A stretch of DNA of 64,000 nucleotides from Chiloscyllium plagiosum (lineage: Eukaryota): assembly GCF_004010195.1 (NCBI RefSeq), contig NC_057735.1, forward strand, positions 13,694,057 to 13,758,056. The letters run 5' to 3'. A model generated the notes under the pieces. It saw nothing but the letters and a program-made list of their open reading frames with translations. It had not been told where the DNA came from and made no database searches. Below are positions 14,867-27,700 of this stretch, in pieces. The first letter of the stretch is position 1; each line of letters starts with the position of its first letter. The position numbers and the translations under genes were made by a program.

Positions 14867-17174
14867 CTGGAAGAGGACAATGGCCAACTTCAGCAATTCA
14901 ACAGCAGAGGCAAAAAGAAAGACCGTGAAAGCTGGAAACTCAAAATAAAAAGACAGAGCACAGGGAATGGAGAGCATGAGGGGGATGGGGTGAATGTAAA
15001 AGAGAGAGAAAGACAATGAATTCAGTTTTCAATGGGATGTTTTAGCTTATACTGCCATTATTTTCAATTTAACACTTTATGAACGCAATCTTGAAGATTA
15101 TGCATTGTATTTCTGGAATGCGTGTTTTTTTTCTGAAAAGGTGCTACTTTACCAAACACCTGATTTAACCGGTAAAGAAAAGTTCTTTGTTTTAAAGGAG
15201 TACTCATGGGCAATAATTCTACCCTAAGTATTTGCTTGAAAAACAAAACTCTATCCGCAGAGTTTATTTTCCTTATCTTCCACTAGATTTGCCACCACCC
15301 TGTCCTGCTATTTTACTGAAAGGAGAAAACAGCAGGGGTTGGAGGGGGTGGAGGAAGCTAATCAAACAGAATGTCACATCTTAGCTCCTATCTCAACACT
15401 GTGGTAAAGAACTAGGCCTCAACTAGAAGGACAAGCATTGGACGATTTTTCATTCAATTTGCTTTTCTTCTACAAACAAAGAGAAAGATACTTCACGATG
15501 AGGTTGTACCCTGACATCCCTTCAAATCTGCAATTAACAGTCATGCCAAATTCTCATTTGCATTCACTGACAATCACCATTTTTGTGAAAAACACTTCTT
15601 TCTTTTTCTGTGGACCTCAGTGTGTAATAACTCCAGTCTCTTCATGCCACAAGTAGGCTAATTAAGTTGTTGCTGATTGCTTGAATTATTGCAGAAAGCA
15701 TACTATATGGTTCCCTTCCACTCTATCACATTCTTCATCCCTAAAATCACTGAGCTCACTTGAGCTACAATTCCACAAGTACAGTTCCATAACTTGCTGG
15801 TATCTTCTGACAACTTGTCAGTTTTCATACATAATTTGGATATTGGTGCCATTCAAGCTATTCACCTGTGGGTGACATCATAGTCAAACAGCCTTTTGCC
15901 TATACAGATACTTTCCACTAGAATCACTAGATAGGGGAGAAAGGGAATATTGATTAACCTCCCCCCTTCACATAGCTCAGGGAAACTGGAGTCAACTATA
16001 ATACCCACACTATAATTGTTTGTCAGTACATCGCGCCAAATTTCTACTGACTCAATGTACTGATGTGTCATTAGATTAAGAAATTTATGAAGTCAATTTG
16101 AAGAAAGCAATAACAGCTTAGCTACTTCCAGTGGCTGAGTTTAGCCCCTTCTGATTCAGTATGATGTGGCTGCAACTCTCTGCCTGAGCCAGAATTTTTT
16201 TTAGGGGTGGAGGGGGTATCCAAATCCCACTCCAGAAACAGAATCCAGATTGATTACTGAGTTTAATCTTGAGAGAGCACTATATTGCTGAAACACCATA
16301 TTTCAGGCGAGATAGTTGTCCACTGTGCATAAACGATCCCATGGCCCTCTCCTTGCCAACAATTTTAACTTTGAATAAAAGTTAATATATTATCGTATTA
16401 CGAAATAGTTGCTGTGGACAAACTGACAGTCACATTCGCCTGGAAATGTGATTACACTTCAGGAGCAATTCACTAGCAATAAAGCACTTTGGCACATCCT
16501 GTGGTCATAAACAGCACTATAGAATTGCTAGTGCTTCCTTCTCTTTTGTAAAAAATATATCAACTAATTTCACGTTCACCTCTCCCACCACTCTACATTT
16601 GCAGTCTGAAAATATCAAAGATGTCATACAGCTGCTAATACACTATATCACTTATTTACTTGTCCATTGCCATTGACATAATTGACCACTGCTCCCATCT
16701 TCATTACAATGAACTAGTGATGAATCTCTAAGGCACTACCCTCTCTAACCTTATCCCCACCCATCCTAGTGCCAGTCAGTTCCATTTATTACAGTGATTT
16801 CTCCTTTTATACCCATGTACTTTCACCATGAGCCATGTTTCCATCCAAGACAATCAAACACTGATTTCCAAAACATTGTCCCTTGCAACAACATCTCCAA
16901 TCAGAGATCTATGGATCTGTATGTAGATGCCATCCAAATCTATTCATCTGCTCTCAGCTATGATCACCTTTAAGTATTTGATGAAGGCTTTTGCCAACTC
17001 CAACATCAGCAAGATCATTGTAGTCAGGTTTCACTTTAGAAAATTCACACCTCAGCCACTAATCCAACCACCATCACTGATGCCCAGTCAGAATCTCCAG
17101 TGACATTTGATGAAATAAAGCTTCAAATCACACATCTGGTTCAACACCAAGACTAACAATATGCCACCTCCAGA

Positions 17175-17845
17175 TCACAGATACCTGGTGGTAGGGTCCG
17201 TTTGGAGATGGTGGAAATGATGGCGGATGATACCCTGTATATGGAGGTTGGTGGGGTGGTAGGTGAGGACCAGTGGGGTTCTGTTCTGGTGGCGGTTGGA
17301 GGGACGGGACTCAAGGGCGGAGGTCTGGCGATGGAGGAGTCCAAGGACCTGCATTGTCTGGCGATGGAGGAGTCCCTCCTCCCTACCTTTTATCTTAGCC
17401 TGCGGGACACACTTTCCTCGACAGTTGGAGGAAGAACGCCTCATCTTCTGCCTAGGAACGCTCCAATCACAAGGGATGAACTCAGATTTCTCCAGTTTCC
17501 TCATTTCCCCTCCTCCCACCTTCTCAGTCAAATCCCTCGAACTCAGCACCACCTTCCTAACCTGCAATCTTCTTCCTGACCTCTCCGCCCCCACCCCCAC
17601 TCCGGCCTATCACCCTCACCTTGACCTCCTTCCACCTATCGCATTTCCAACGCCCCTCCCCCAAGTCCCTCCTCCCTACCTTTTATCTTAGCCTGCTGGA
17701 CACACTTTCCTCATTCCTGAAGAAGGGCTCATGCCCGAAACGTCGATTCTCCTGCTCCTTGGATGCTGCCTGACCTGCTGCGCTTTTCCAGCAACACATT
17801 TTCAGCTCTGATCTCCAGCATCTGCAGTCCTCACCTTCTCCTCTC
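17175..17845 (+). mobile_element. Penelope-like element remnant (inverted ORF fragment + ORF C-terminus + pLTR/tail with hammerhead)
   Basis: Minus strand 17175-17360 encodes RTPLVLTYHPTNLHIQGIIRHHFHHLQTDPTT (PLE linker). Plus strand encodes LEEERLIFCLGTLQSQGMNSDFSSF (PLE endonuclease C-terminus). A 49-bp pLTR segment is duplicated at 17371-17419 and 17664-17712. Tail ends ...gcagtcctcaccttctcc. Confidence 0.85.
17713..17748 (+). ncRNA. Minimal type-I hammerhead ribozyme motif, family A (intact core)
   Basis: ATTC-CTGAAGA-A-GGGC TCAT GCCC-GAAA-CG-TC^GATT: conserved core, 4-bp stem II, ACGT palindrome in place of stem III, stem I ATTC/GATT. Confidence 0.75.
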
Positions 17846-19251
17846 CATATGCATCTCTAGTGAAAAGCATTATCATTGTGTTGCTCATTAAGGGCTTAGA
17901 CAGAGAGGAATTGCTCCCATTGACATCAGAGTCGAGAACCTGAAGACACAAAGATTAAGTGACCGGCAAAATAACAAAAAGACGTTATGAGAAAAAGCTT
18001 TGTTGCATAGCAAGTGGCAACAAAGTGAAATATGCTGCCTGAGAGGTGCTAGAGGTGGACAAAACAGTGACTTTCAAAAGAGAACTCAACAGGCAGCTGG
18101 AGGAAAAATACTTAAAGTTTCAGAAAAAGGATCCAGAGTGAGACTAACTAAATTACTCTCACAGAAAGGTGGCATAGGCTTAAGGGGCAAATGGCCTCTT
18201 TACATGCTGTAACCATTCTGTGTTCCTTTTTACAAATGAAGTTACTATCATATTGGAGATGAAAAGTCACTGACAAGTCAGTTAGGAATTAACAAGTTAC
18301 TGCTGGATATATGGTGCATAACAGAATCATGTTTTATAGCGCTCTCAATTCCATTTCTAAAAGCCCCGAGGATATATGTGCTGTCCTAGTACTGATAGAA
18401 AACATGTGAATTCCAGGTCAATGCCAAATTAGCTGATCCAAACGGAGGTGGAAGAAACCGTCACAAAGGATGCTTCTGAACATTTACTTTCTCAAGAATT
18501 CTCATTTAGCTGAGGTTTCAGAGCATTGCTGCAACCTATGGAATCACGTGTCACACCTCCTGATTGAAGGGGAAGACGTGAGAACATTCAAACGCAAGAG
18601 TTTTCACTGACAACTCAGCGCAACTCCTCTGGTTAATTTGGTACCAACATTTGAGTCATAAGCCCTATATACACAGCTGATCAATAAGATCCTACATGTT
18701 CACAATACGTCGTGCCACTGTTCCACTTAACTCTCAATGTGCAACTTAATCAGGAGAGGGAGCATAAGAAAAATGCTATCCATTCACTATTGGAAAAGAT
18801 CTTGAAATTAGCACAACTGCAAAGTAATATCCCATAAGTATGCCTAGTACATTGTAGAGAAACACTCAGGAACAAACATCTTGCTGCAATTTAAAGGTCA
18901 GAAAAGGAGGCATCCGAAACTTGACAGCCAATCCACACATTGCATTGCATAAAAGTCACAGACCAGAGGGCACCAGATATGATACCCACACATTTTGGAA
19001 TGAACTGACCTAAACTGGGCATTACAAAAAGACTGGATGTCCAGCTGGAAAATATTTCAGGGTCATCAGCTTTCATTACTTTTTGGTGAACCTTGCTGCA
19101 AGTATGTGGGTTGGACAGTGAGGCATGGAGAATTGCGCCCAGCAAATATATCTTTCTTTGGAAATAACAGCTATAAAGTTCATACACCAAGACTGGCCAC
19201 TTGCGTGAGACAGAATCAACTACATGCCTGCATGGGTCTAAGGGGTGGTGT

Positions 19252-19563
19252 GGGCAGCACGGTGGGCACAGTGGTTAGCACTGCTGCCTCACAGCACCAG
19301 AGATTCCCGCCTCAGACGACTGTCCGTGTGGAGTTTGCACATTCTCCCCGTGTTTGCGTGGATTTCCTCCGGGTGTTCCGGTTTCCTCCCACAGTCCAAA
19401 AAAATGTGCAGGTTAGGTGAATTGGCCATGCTAAATTACCCGTAGTGTTAGGTGACGGGATACATGTAGGGGAATGGGTCTGGGTGGGTTGTGCTTCGGT
19501 AGGTCGGTGTGGACTTGTTGGGCCGAAGGGCCTGTTTCCACAATGTAAGTAATCTAATCTAAT
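19252..19563 (+). mobile_element. HE1-type tRNA-derived V-SINE
   Basis: A-box ggcacagtggttagcac, V-domain gtgtggagtttgcacattctccccgtg...tttcctcccacagtccaaa, CR1-like 3' end and (aatct)n tail. Confidence 0.88.
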
Positions 19564-20394
19564 GTAAATCAGGTAAAGGTTTCAATAGCAACCCATGTCA
19601 TACCATTTTATTGTGATAATATACCAATTTCATTCAATATTCTTTTCCTAGTCTCAACTGGACGGTCAATAATATAGGAGTTTACTTATCAAAAGGGGAA
19701 GAAATCAAACTTCTACTTTTCCCAAGTGCTTTGCAGAGATCAAACAAAGATTAACAGCAGGTTAGAGGAGATATTAACTTTCAAAAGTAGCTCATTGTTT
19801 GTAAAGCATCTTCGGATAGCCTAAGATCGTGGAAGAGGCTGTGAAATAGGAGGTGGGTAACAAAATACTTGGCCAGATTTGGTCAAGAAAGTTTAAGGAG
19901 GTTCTTAAATAAGAGGAAGGCAGAGAGATTTAGGGTGTGAATTTCAGAATGTGCAATAGAGATAGCGATGTGCAGAAGCATCAAGAGTTAGAAGATCAGA
20001 AAGTTGGATGCCTTTTGGGGTAGGGGAGAAACACTGTGGTTGTAAGGTTGGAGGACGTTACAGATGTGGGACAGTTAAGGATGCAAGTACATTTAAACAT
20101 AAGGTTGAGATTCTCAAAATGTAGATCAAGTCAACTAGAACTCAATACAAGTAACAAAGACAGGGACATTGATGAGCAAGATCCAATATTTAATTGTCTC
20201 AAAGAATTTCATATACAATTAATGCAATACCTTGATGTGCACAGACTAATTTATACAAACATGCCAGCCACTTTTCACAGCAAGGATACATGAACAGTTA
20301 ATTAATCAGTTTTTAGTGTCACTAGTTGAGGGGAGAATATTCACAGATCACCGGAAGGATCTTTTGAAAAGTCTTATGATCCTGCCCCATTAGC

Positions 20395-20482
20395 TATCTG
20401 ACGAAGGTGCAGCACTCCAAAAGCTGGTACTTCCAAATAAGCCTGTTGGTCTATCACATGGTGTTGAGAGATTTTTACCTTT
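20395..20482 (+). mobile_element. Degenerate family B hammerhead/PLE terminus
   Basis: CTGACGA-A-GGTGCAGCACTCC-AAAA-GCTG...cttccaaataagcctgttgg, homologous to 25039-25130; GAAA mutated to AAAA. Confidence 0.65.
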
Positions 20483-22929
20483 CAAGAATGGCAGAGGATC
20501 TTTAACACCTACAGAACAGTACAACAAGTGAGATGTCAGTTTCAAATCTGATCTGGAGGACAGTGCTTCTGCTATTATGGTAGTAATGTACTGAGGTGTC
20601 AGCTTATATCAGTGTATGTCACCAAACGAACAAGAATTGCAAACTTCTGAATCAGGAAAGAGTGCTGCTAACTTTGCCAAACCTGACAATCTAAAATTGA
20701 CAACTGATACAGATCCGGCAGTAGACAACCAATGATCTTTGAAAGGTTTCTTTCACCTTCTTCAACTAAATTTTCTCCTTTTACTGCTCTCCTTTTACAG
20801 CATGTGGCTTCCTGCTGACACAAGATTCAACAGGAGAGTCCACACTTTATCATAAGGTCTCCCATTCTTTACACATGAGCAGTAATATTAAACATCTGTC
20901 AAATAGTGGGTTGCTCAAATAGTGGAGTTGAGGACAGACAAAGTGGTGAAACATACAGGAATCACAGCTAAAGTCAATCCTACTTACATCCAACATTTAT
21001 ATTCAAGAATTCCTAAATATTGCTTAACATTAGGTTTGCGCCAAAAAGAGCTATCCATTACACTTGACTGTTATCTTAATATTAATTCCTGATCATGCCC
21101 TACTCAAAATTATTGGAAATAATATTTAATCCTGAAATTTGAATGCTTAAAATTATCAGATTTAAATTAATCCCAAAATGAATAACTCGAGTGAGCAGAA
21201 ACTTTGGCTAACATTTTACCAATCTAACCTTGCTGTGTTCTTCTCTTACTTTTAGTTAATTCACCACTGATCAAGTAGCAATTGAGGGACATGAAAACAC
21301 AGAATCTAAGCAGAGAGTTTACAGTGTGTAATGTTCTCGTATACGAACTAATGCAGGCAAAGAAAATCAGTTCCAGATGGGAGCAGTGTTTTTGTCATGG
21401 GATTTTATTTTTAAGAAACAGCTGTGTTGGAATTTATAGAATAATTGTCTTAAGTACCATTAATAATTTTACACCAACAGAATGCTAGAAATGACGAGGA
21501 ACTGAAGAGTTTTTGATAGATGTGAGGAAAAACAATACAGAAATTAGAGATGGGATGCAAGGAATGCATTGCAAGATGGCACAGTCCAATTAGGCTGAAC
21601 TTGTTTTATATTTTGAAATGAATTCAAATACATTCACACGTCACAAAAGATGAAGTTGCCTATGGATATTGAAAATTCAGAAATTCCACATGATCCAGGA
21701 ATCTGGATGGCCTACAATCTTTTCCTGTTTACAGCTACATATCAGAGTTACAGGATTTATTTGTAGAAGTTGCACATTAGAATACATCAGCTGTTTGAAA
21801 ACACCAGGAAGATAATCTGGCAAAATGCAGAATAACGTGGTTGAGCATAATAATACGGGGGTCAATTAGGCCCATGGCTGACCTGCAAACCTGAAACTAT
21901 AAGCCTTGTCTAAAATGAAAATTGTCAAAAGTCTTCCAGGTCCATACTTTCGGAACATGAAAACCTGCAGCTGTTAGCAATTACAGATAAAAGTTTCACA
22001 GGATGACACAATCGTATCCTCCATCGCTCAGAGACAATGCAGTGGAGATACTGTGGGATGCAATTCACGATTTTACACATCGGGTACGGTTTGAAACGCC
22101 ATTTAGTCTATCAATGGTGCGATATTTATACCACCACACAAACGCACGCAAGTCTGCAACAAAAAAAATCCTCGCTTCTGAACTGCCCATTCTGCTGCCT
22201 GCGGCTTGGCACAGATAAGAATCGCGGCCAAGACTTTAAAGAAAAACATATTCGCCTTCCAATTACGCTTTATGGCAACGACAACAAAGTATGAAACACA
22301 CGGCGGAGGAGTTACAGTGACTCTTAGTCCAGTCAGTCAAGTCTCATTTTTTAAAACAAAACATAATCCACCTAGACAGGGTTTCGGACCCCAACACCCC
22401 GAGAGAAACAGAAAAGGATCTTCTGCTTACATTCATGACACAGACAGGAGGGGGCTGGGGATGCTGCATAAAATCAAGAATTTCTACTAGACAAAGTTAA
22501 AGGCACCAGAAATATATGCGTACTTATTTGCACCAAGAGGATTAATGACGTTCCCCCGGCATCATAATCACCGACATGTCATCAAACTGTTTAAAACATT
22601 TAATCATGTGGCAACCACGAGAGAGAGAAATAAAAGATAAATCACAACCTTGGACTGGTAGAAAGAGAGAGGACATAAACAGGAGAATAAAGACAGAAGT
22701 CTATAGATAGATTTAGTCATTTTTTTTCGGTTAAAGACTTTTGGAGAGAAAGAAAGAAAATCCCATGAGAGGAGAGAGAGAGGGAGGATTTCCCAACGTG
22801 CTGGGAGGTTCCAAACACTTGTTATGAAGATAAAGATTTGGGATCCGACAGTCAGGCACGAATGCCGTAAGGGACCGGGGGGGGGGGGGAACAATCTTTT
22901 CACTTAAATTAAAAGTCTGAGGAAGGAGA

Positions 22930-23610
22930 GTGGGGTGTTGAGGACGGTGTGTGTGGGGAGGAAAGGAGGAGGAGGAAGGGGGGGTGTGATGTTGTTATTG
23001 TTGTTGTGGAGACCTCGAGATCAACACATTGACTCGCGGCCTGCGCCACCGTCTCCCCTACAACAATATTTATATTTTATTTATTTTTGTGTGTGTGTGT
23101 GTGAAGGGGGGGGGGGTGGGGGTGGTGAGAGCAGTATTTTTGTTGTTGTGTGTATGTTTGAGAGGTTTGATCTGTTCTGTTTCCACGCCGGCGGGGATTG
23201 AGGGGAGGGAGGGAGGGAGAGAGGGAGGGGGGTGCGTGAAGAAAAGAAAAACACAACTCACCGCGAAAACGCCACCGGCGGCCGTCGTCGACCTCCTCCC
23301 CCGACATCTTCCTTCCCCCAGATGGAATAACAAGTGGGAAAAGCGAGAGGAAGCGCCGCCTGGGCAGAGCCGGCACCATCGGCGCGTTTTTTTTTAACCT
23401 CCAAAATAAGATTTGAAAATCCTCATAAAGAACAATAGAGCGCTTGGACAGGAAGTCACTGGGTGGCGCCATTGCTGCTGTGACGCCGCCGGGGGTCAGG
23501 GGTCACCGTGGGGCGGGACCACGGGCAAAGGGGCGGGGCAACCACGCCCCGCCCCTACCCCACCCCAGTCAGCATTCAGCCTGCTCCACGTGGCTCAGGC
23601 CAGCCTTCCC
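22930..23610 (-). promoter_or_regulatory. CpG island / promoter of a minus-strand gene (probably USP49 by synteny)
   Basis: High GC and CpG. ETS-like CAGGAAGT 23449-23456, YY1-like CGCCATT 23467-23473, GC boxes at 23511-23517, 23530-23538 and 23542-23555, E-box CACGTG 23587-23592. Confidence 0.7.
23262..23450 (-). other. USP49: Putative non-coding first exon of USP49 (5' end approximate)
   Basis: Strong donor TTTTCGCG|GTGAGT at 23262/23261 inside the CpG island. Identity is inferred only from the human USP49-MED20-BYSL order; no USP49 coding sequence was recognised in the window. Confidence 0.45.
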
Positions 23611-24799
23611 CATTAACTGTCTCTGACATGACACTCAGTGCCAAGGACCACCCTCACCATGTACCACCTTCACAGTGCATCACCTTCACGACACACCACC
23701 TTCACCATGTACCAACCGCATGGTGTACCATCTTCAGGACGCACCACCTTCACGGCACACCACCTTCACAATGTACCACTGCATGGTGTACCACCTTCAC
23801 AGTGTAACACCTTCACAATGCATCACCTTCACCATGTACCAACTGCACAGAGCACTACGTTCACCATGTACCAACCTTATAGTGCATCAACTTCACCATG
23901 CACCAACCTCACGGTGCATCACTTGCACCATGTACCAACCTAATGGTACATTACCTTCACCAATTACCAACCTCACAATGTATCACCTTGATGACACACC
24001 ACCCTCACCATGTACCAACCTCAGTGCAACACCTTTACATTGTACTAACCTCATGGTACATCACCTTCATGTACCAACCACAGTGCACCACTTTCACTGT
24101 GCACAGTCTTCATGGTGCATGGCCTTCACGGTGCATCACATTCACAGTGTATTACCTTCATTGTGCATCACCCTCATGGTACACCACCTTCACGGTGCAT
24201 CACTTTTCCATATACTGTAATCACCATGTACCACCTTCCCTGTATACCACAATTGCTGTGTACCATCTTCGCTAGGCACTGCAATTGCCATGTACTGCCT
24301 TCACTGTGTACCACAATCACCGCATATCATCATCACCGGGTACCACCTGTACCATGTACCACAATCACTGTGTACTCCCATCATTGTGGACTATATTCAC
24401 TATGTACCACAATCATCCTGCACCTCCTTCACCATGTACTGCTACTTTTGTGTACCATCTTAACCATGTACTATGATCACCACGTACCACAATTACTGTG
24501 TACCACATTCACCAACTTCACCATGTATCACTTTCAATGTGGATCACCTTCACCATGTACAACAATTACCATGTACAGCAATCATGGTGTATTACATTCA
24601 CCATGTACCACAATTGCCATCTACTACCTTCACAGTGTACCCCACAAACACCACGAACCATCTTCAATATATAACACTTAGGGCATGTACCACATTAATT
24701 GTGGATCATTTTCACCATATACCATCTTCACGATATATCATGTTCACAATGTACCACAATTGCCGTGTACCATGTCACCATGTACTGGCTTTACTATGT

Positions 24800-24925
24800 G
24801 AAAGTGAGGACTTAAGATGCTGGAGATTAGAGTCAAGATTAGAGTGGTGCTGGAAAAGCACAGCGGTTCAGTCAGCATCCGAAGAGCAGAAAAATCGATG
24901 TTTCGGGCAGGAGCCCTTCATCAGG
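24800..24925 (-). mobile_element. PLE-terminus insert, hammerhead family A, in the 16-bp minisatellite
   Basis: CTGATGA-A-GGGCTCCTGCCC-GAAA-CATC-GATT on minus strand. TSD GGCTTTACTA(T/C)GT at 24787-24799 and 24924-24936. Confidence 0.82.
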
Positions 24926-25038
24926 CTTTACTACGTACTGCCTTCAACTTATACTGCCTTTAAGGTGTGCCACATTCATCACACTGCATTCATCATGTAC
25001 CATATTCCCCATGTATTGCATTCAAAATGTACCACATT

Positions 25039-25161
25039 CACCTGATGAAGGTGCGGCACTTCGAAAGCTAGTGTGCTTCCAATTAAACCTGTTGGACTAT
25101 AACCTGGTGTTGTGTGATTTTTAACTTTGTACACCCCAGTCCAACACCAGCATCTCCAAAT
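25039..25161 (+). mobile_element. PLE-terminus insert, hammerhead family B
   Basis: CAC-CTGATGA-A-GGTGCGGCACTTC-GAAA-GC-TA^GTG (AGCT palindrome, stem I CAC/GTG, imperfect stem II). Flanked by cacattcacc at 25033-25042 and 25162-25171. Confidence 0.75.
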
Positions 25162-25849
25162 CACATTCACCATGGATCCTGTTCCAATGTAGTCCATTTA
25201 TCACATACTATGTTCACCGCATACTACCATCATCATACACTGCATTCACCACATTTACCATGTACTGCACTTGCTATTTACTGCACTTTGTCACTGTGTA
25301 CATATCAACATATATTACATTAATTATGTATCATATTCACAATATACCCCACGCATCATGTGCAGCATTTACCCATGTACCACATTCGCCATTTACTGCA
25401 TCCACCATCTAACCTGAGTATTGCTGATTTTTTGTTGAAGACTATTGTGTTGCAATCATCATGGCAATTCACAAGAATATCAACAAAGGGACAAACAACA
25501 TTTATACTGGGAGAGGAGATGGGCAGGCAAGTATACTATCATTGGTAGATATGTTGCAATGGAGAACGCATCAGTAAATGATGATTGACAATTAGCTGCC
25601 AGGCTTTGTTTATGTTGAACCAGCCAAGTTGACTCTGAATGGTCAGAACATTGCCTTGAAAAATGAGACAGTGAATGATTGTCACATACAGTGCACATCC
25701 ATCTTCTTTCTGTCTGCAAAGAACAGGGCTCTGTGTGTTAATATATGTAGCTTCCAGAATGTGAGCCCAATACATATTCACCACTCACTGCATTCATCAC
25801 ATGCCCATATTCACCCGTGCACTGTAATCATCATGTACCACATTCACTT

Positions 25850-26620
25850 TGGGAGTGTCCTGTCAGTCAAAGCAGATACTGATGATGAGATCCTGCATCG
25901 CTTCTAGTGTGCAAGCACAGCCTTCGGCCACCTGATGGAAAGCGTATTCGGGGACAACAATAATCAGATCTGACACCAAGATCTTGGTTTACATAGCTGT
26001 ATGGTTCCCACTCTCCTATGTAGCTCTGAGATGCGGACTAGGAGAAAGTGAGGACTGCAGATGCAAAGAGTCAAAAAGAGTGATGCTGGAAAAGCACAGC
26101 AGGTCAGGCAGCATCTGAGGAGCAGGGGATTCGACATTTCCGGCATAAGTCCTTCATCAGGCCTGAAACGTTGATTCTCCTATTCTTCGGATGCTGCCTG
26201 ACTTGCTGTGCTTTTCCAGCGTCACACTTTTTGACTCTGGGACGTGGACTGTCTACAACAGACACCTCAAGGTGCTGGAGTAGTATCATCAATGCTGTCT
26301 ATGCAAGATCCTGCGAATCTGCTGGAAGGAAAGGCATATCAGCACCAGCGTCCTCAACCAGTCCATATCCTCAGCATTAAGGCATTGACCACCCTTGATC
26401 AGCTATGAAGGGCTGCTCCAAGACCAAAGTGGAAAAGGAGCATCTGGGAAGACGAAAAGCACCTCAAGACTAGCCCAGTGAAAGCACACCAATGCCCTAC
26501 CCATCCCTTCCCACAACCACCTTTTGCCCCAAGTGTAACAAAGCTTGCAGTAGCGACATCAGTCTGTATAGCCACCTGTGGATTCATCCCGAGAGTGGAA
26601 GTGAGTCTTCCTCACCAGTG
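25850..26620 (+). mobile_element. RTE-clade LINE remnant
   Basis: GSVLSVKADTDDEILHRF...TKILVYIAV...LLCSSE...TWTVYNRHLKVLE*YHQCCLCKILRI, typical RTE ORF C-terminal region; split by the 26041 insert. Confidence 0.75.
26041..26238. mobile_element. Fold-back pair of family A PLE termini inserted in an RTE fragment
   Basis: Minus copy 26041-26161 abuts plus copy 26161-26238. Diverged TSD ctctgagatgcggacta (26024-26040) / ctctgggacgtggactg (26235-26251). Confidence 0.8.
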
Positions 26621-27394
26621 AGGGACCACTAATGAATAAAAATGATCGCATTCACTTTTCCAATTTTCACACTATGTACAATGCATCACATTCATCATGT
26701 ACTACATTCATCATGTACCACATTCACCTTACCCCACATTTACTATGTACCATGTTCAATTCCACCCTCACATCTTCCAATTAGCACACATTTGACTTGG
26801 AATGTGGTCCACTCAATTGATTCTTTTTATATATTTATTCTTTTTAGAACATGGGTATCAGTGGCCATTCCTGATTGCTCTTGAGAAGGTAGTGGTAGGG
26901 AACCATTTGCTTTTTGTGTGATCTGTTACCACTCTGGGGAGAAGAAATGTCTTAACTCAAAAGGCTAACAATCTTTGGAATTCTATATCCCAGAGAGCCG
27001 TGGATGCTCGATCATTAGGAATGTTCAAGACAGAGAATGTTTGTTTATGAAGGGAATTTGAGGATACGGGGTTCATGCAGGAAGGGGAAGTTGATTAGAA
27101 ATCAGCCATGATCTTGTTGCATGTGGAACAGTTTAAAGCAGCCAAAGTCCTTCATTTGATCTCTTATCCTTGACCTGGAAAAAAAAATGAGTGATGCCAC
27201 CATATATATTTTTGCATTTTGCACCTTTTTAAAAAGATTCATTCATAGGATGTAAGCATTGCAAGTGAACATTGCACCCAGTGGAGGAATGGTGATATAT
27301 TTCCAAGTCAGAATGGTGTGTGTTTTGCAAGGGAACTTGTAGTTGGTGGTGTTCCCAAGATTTTATCAATAGTAGTGTTCACTGCAGTAGTTGT

Positions 27395-27700
27395 GGGTAT
27401 GTTCACCAAGCTGGGAAGTTAATTTGCAAATGCTTCATTCCCTTTCTAGGCGACATCCCCAATGCTGTGGAGCCTCCTGTGAAGTGCTGATAAATTGTGT
27501 CAGTTGGAACTTAATTGGTTTCATTCTTGGTGCTTCCAGTTGCTCCTTACAATGGTTGGTATATTGGGTCTAGATCAATATGCTTATTGATGGAGTCTGT
27601 GGATGAGTGCCATGCATCTAGAAATTCTCTGACTGTCCCCTGTTTGGCTTGTCCTATTATGTTGTCCCAGTCAAATTTGTAGAATTCATTTCTTTGGAAG
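27395..27700 (-). mobile_element. Second Penelope-like family (Poseidon-type) 3' remnant with decayed hammerhead family D
   Basis: Encodes KFDWDNIIGQAKQGTVREFLDAWHSSTDSINKHIDLDPIYQPL. At 27426-27465 (minus): GCA-TTGGGGA-T-GTCGCCTAGAAAGGGAAT-GAAG-CA-TT-TGC. Confidence 0.65.

Larger units (their letters stand above)
23655..25410 (+). repeat. Degenerate 16-bp minisatellite (consensus ~CACCATGTACCACCTT / CACRGTGCAYCACCTT), interrupted by two small inserts
   Basis: Parses into consecutive 16-mers: caccatgtaccacctt, cacagtgcatcacctt, cacgacacaccacctt, caccatgtaccaaccg, catggtgtaccatctt... Further remnants at ~25770-25850 and ~26645-26770. Confidence 0.85.

Noticed and set aside
19252-19320. tRNA gene (also 63045-63110)
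   Set aside because: tRNA-derived SINE head without a full cloverleaf, followed by V-domain and LINE tail.
1-23261. USP49 coding exons
   Set aside because: No ORF resembling the USP49 zinc-finger or protease domain was seen; the coding part presumably lies left of the window.
23638-25045. Long His/Thr/Cys/Pro-rich ORFs (up to 190 aa) in all three plus frames
   Set aside because: Produced by the stop-poor 16-bp minisatellite; the period is not a multiple of 3 and no domain is recognisable.
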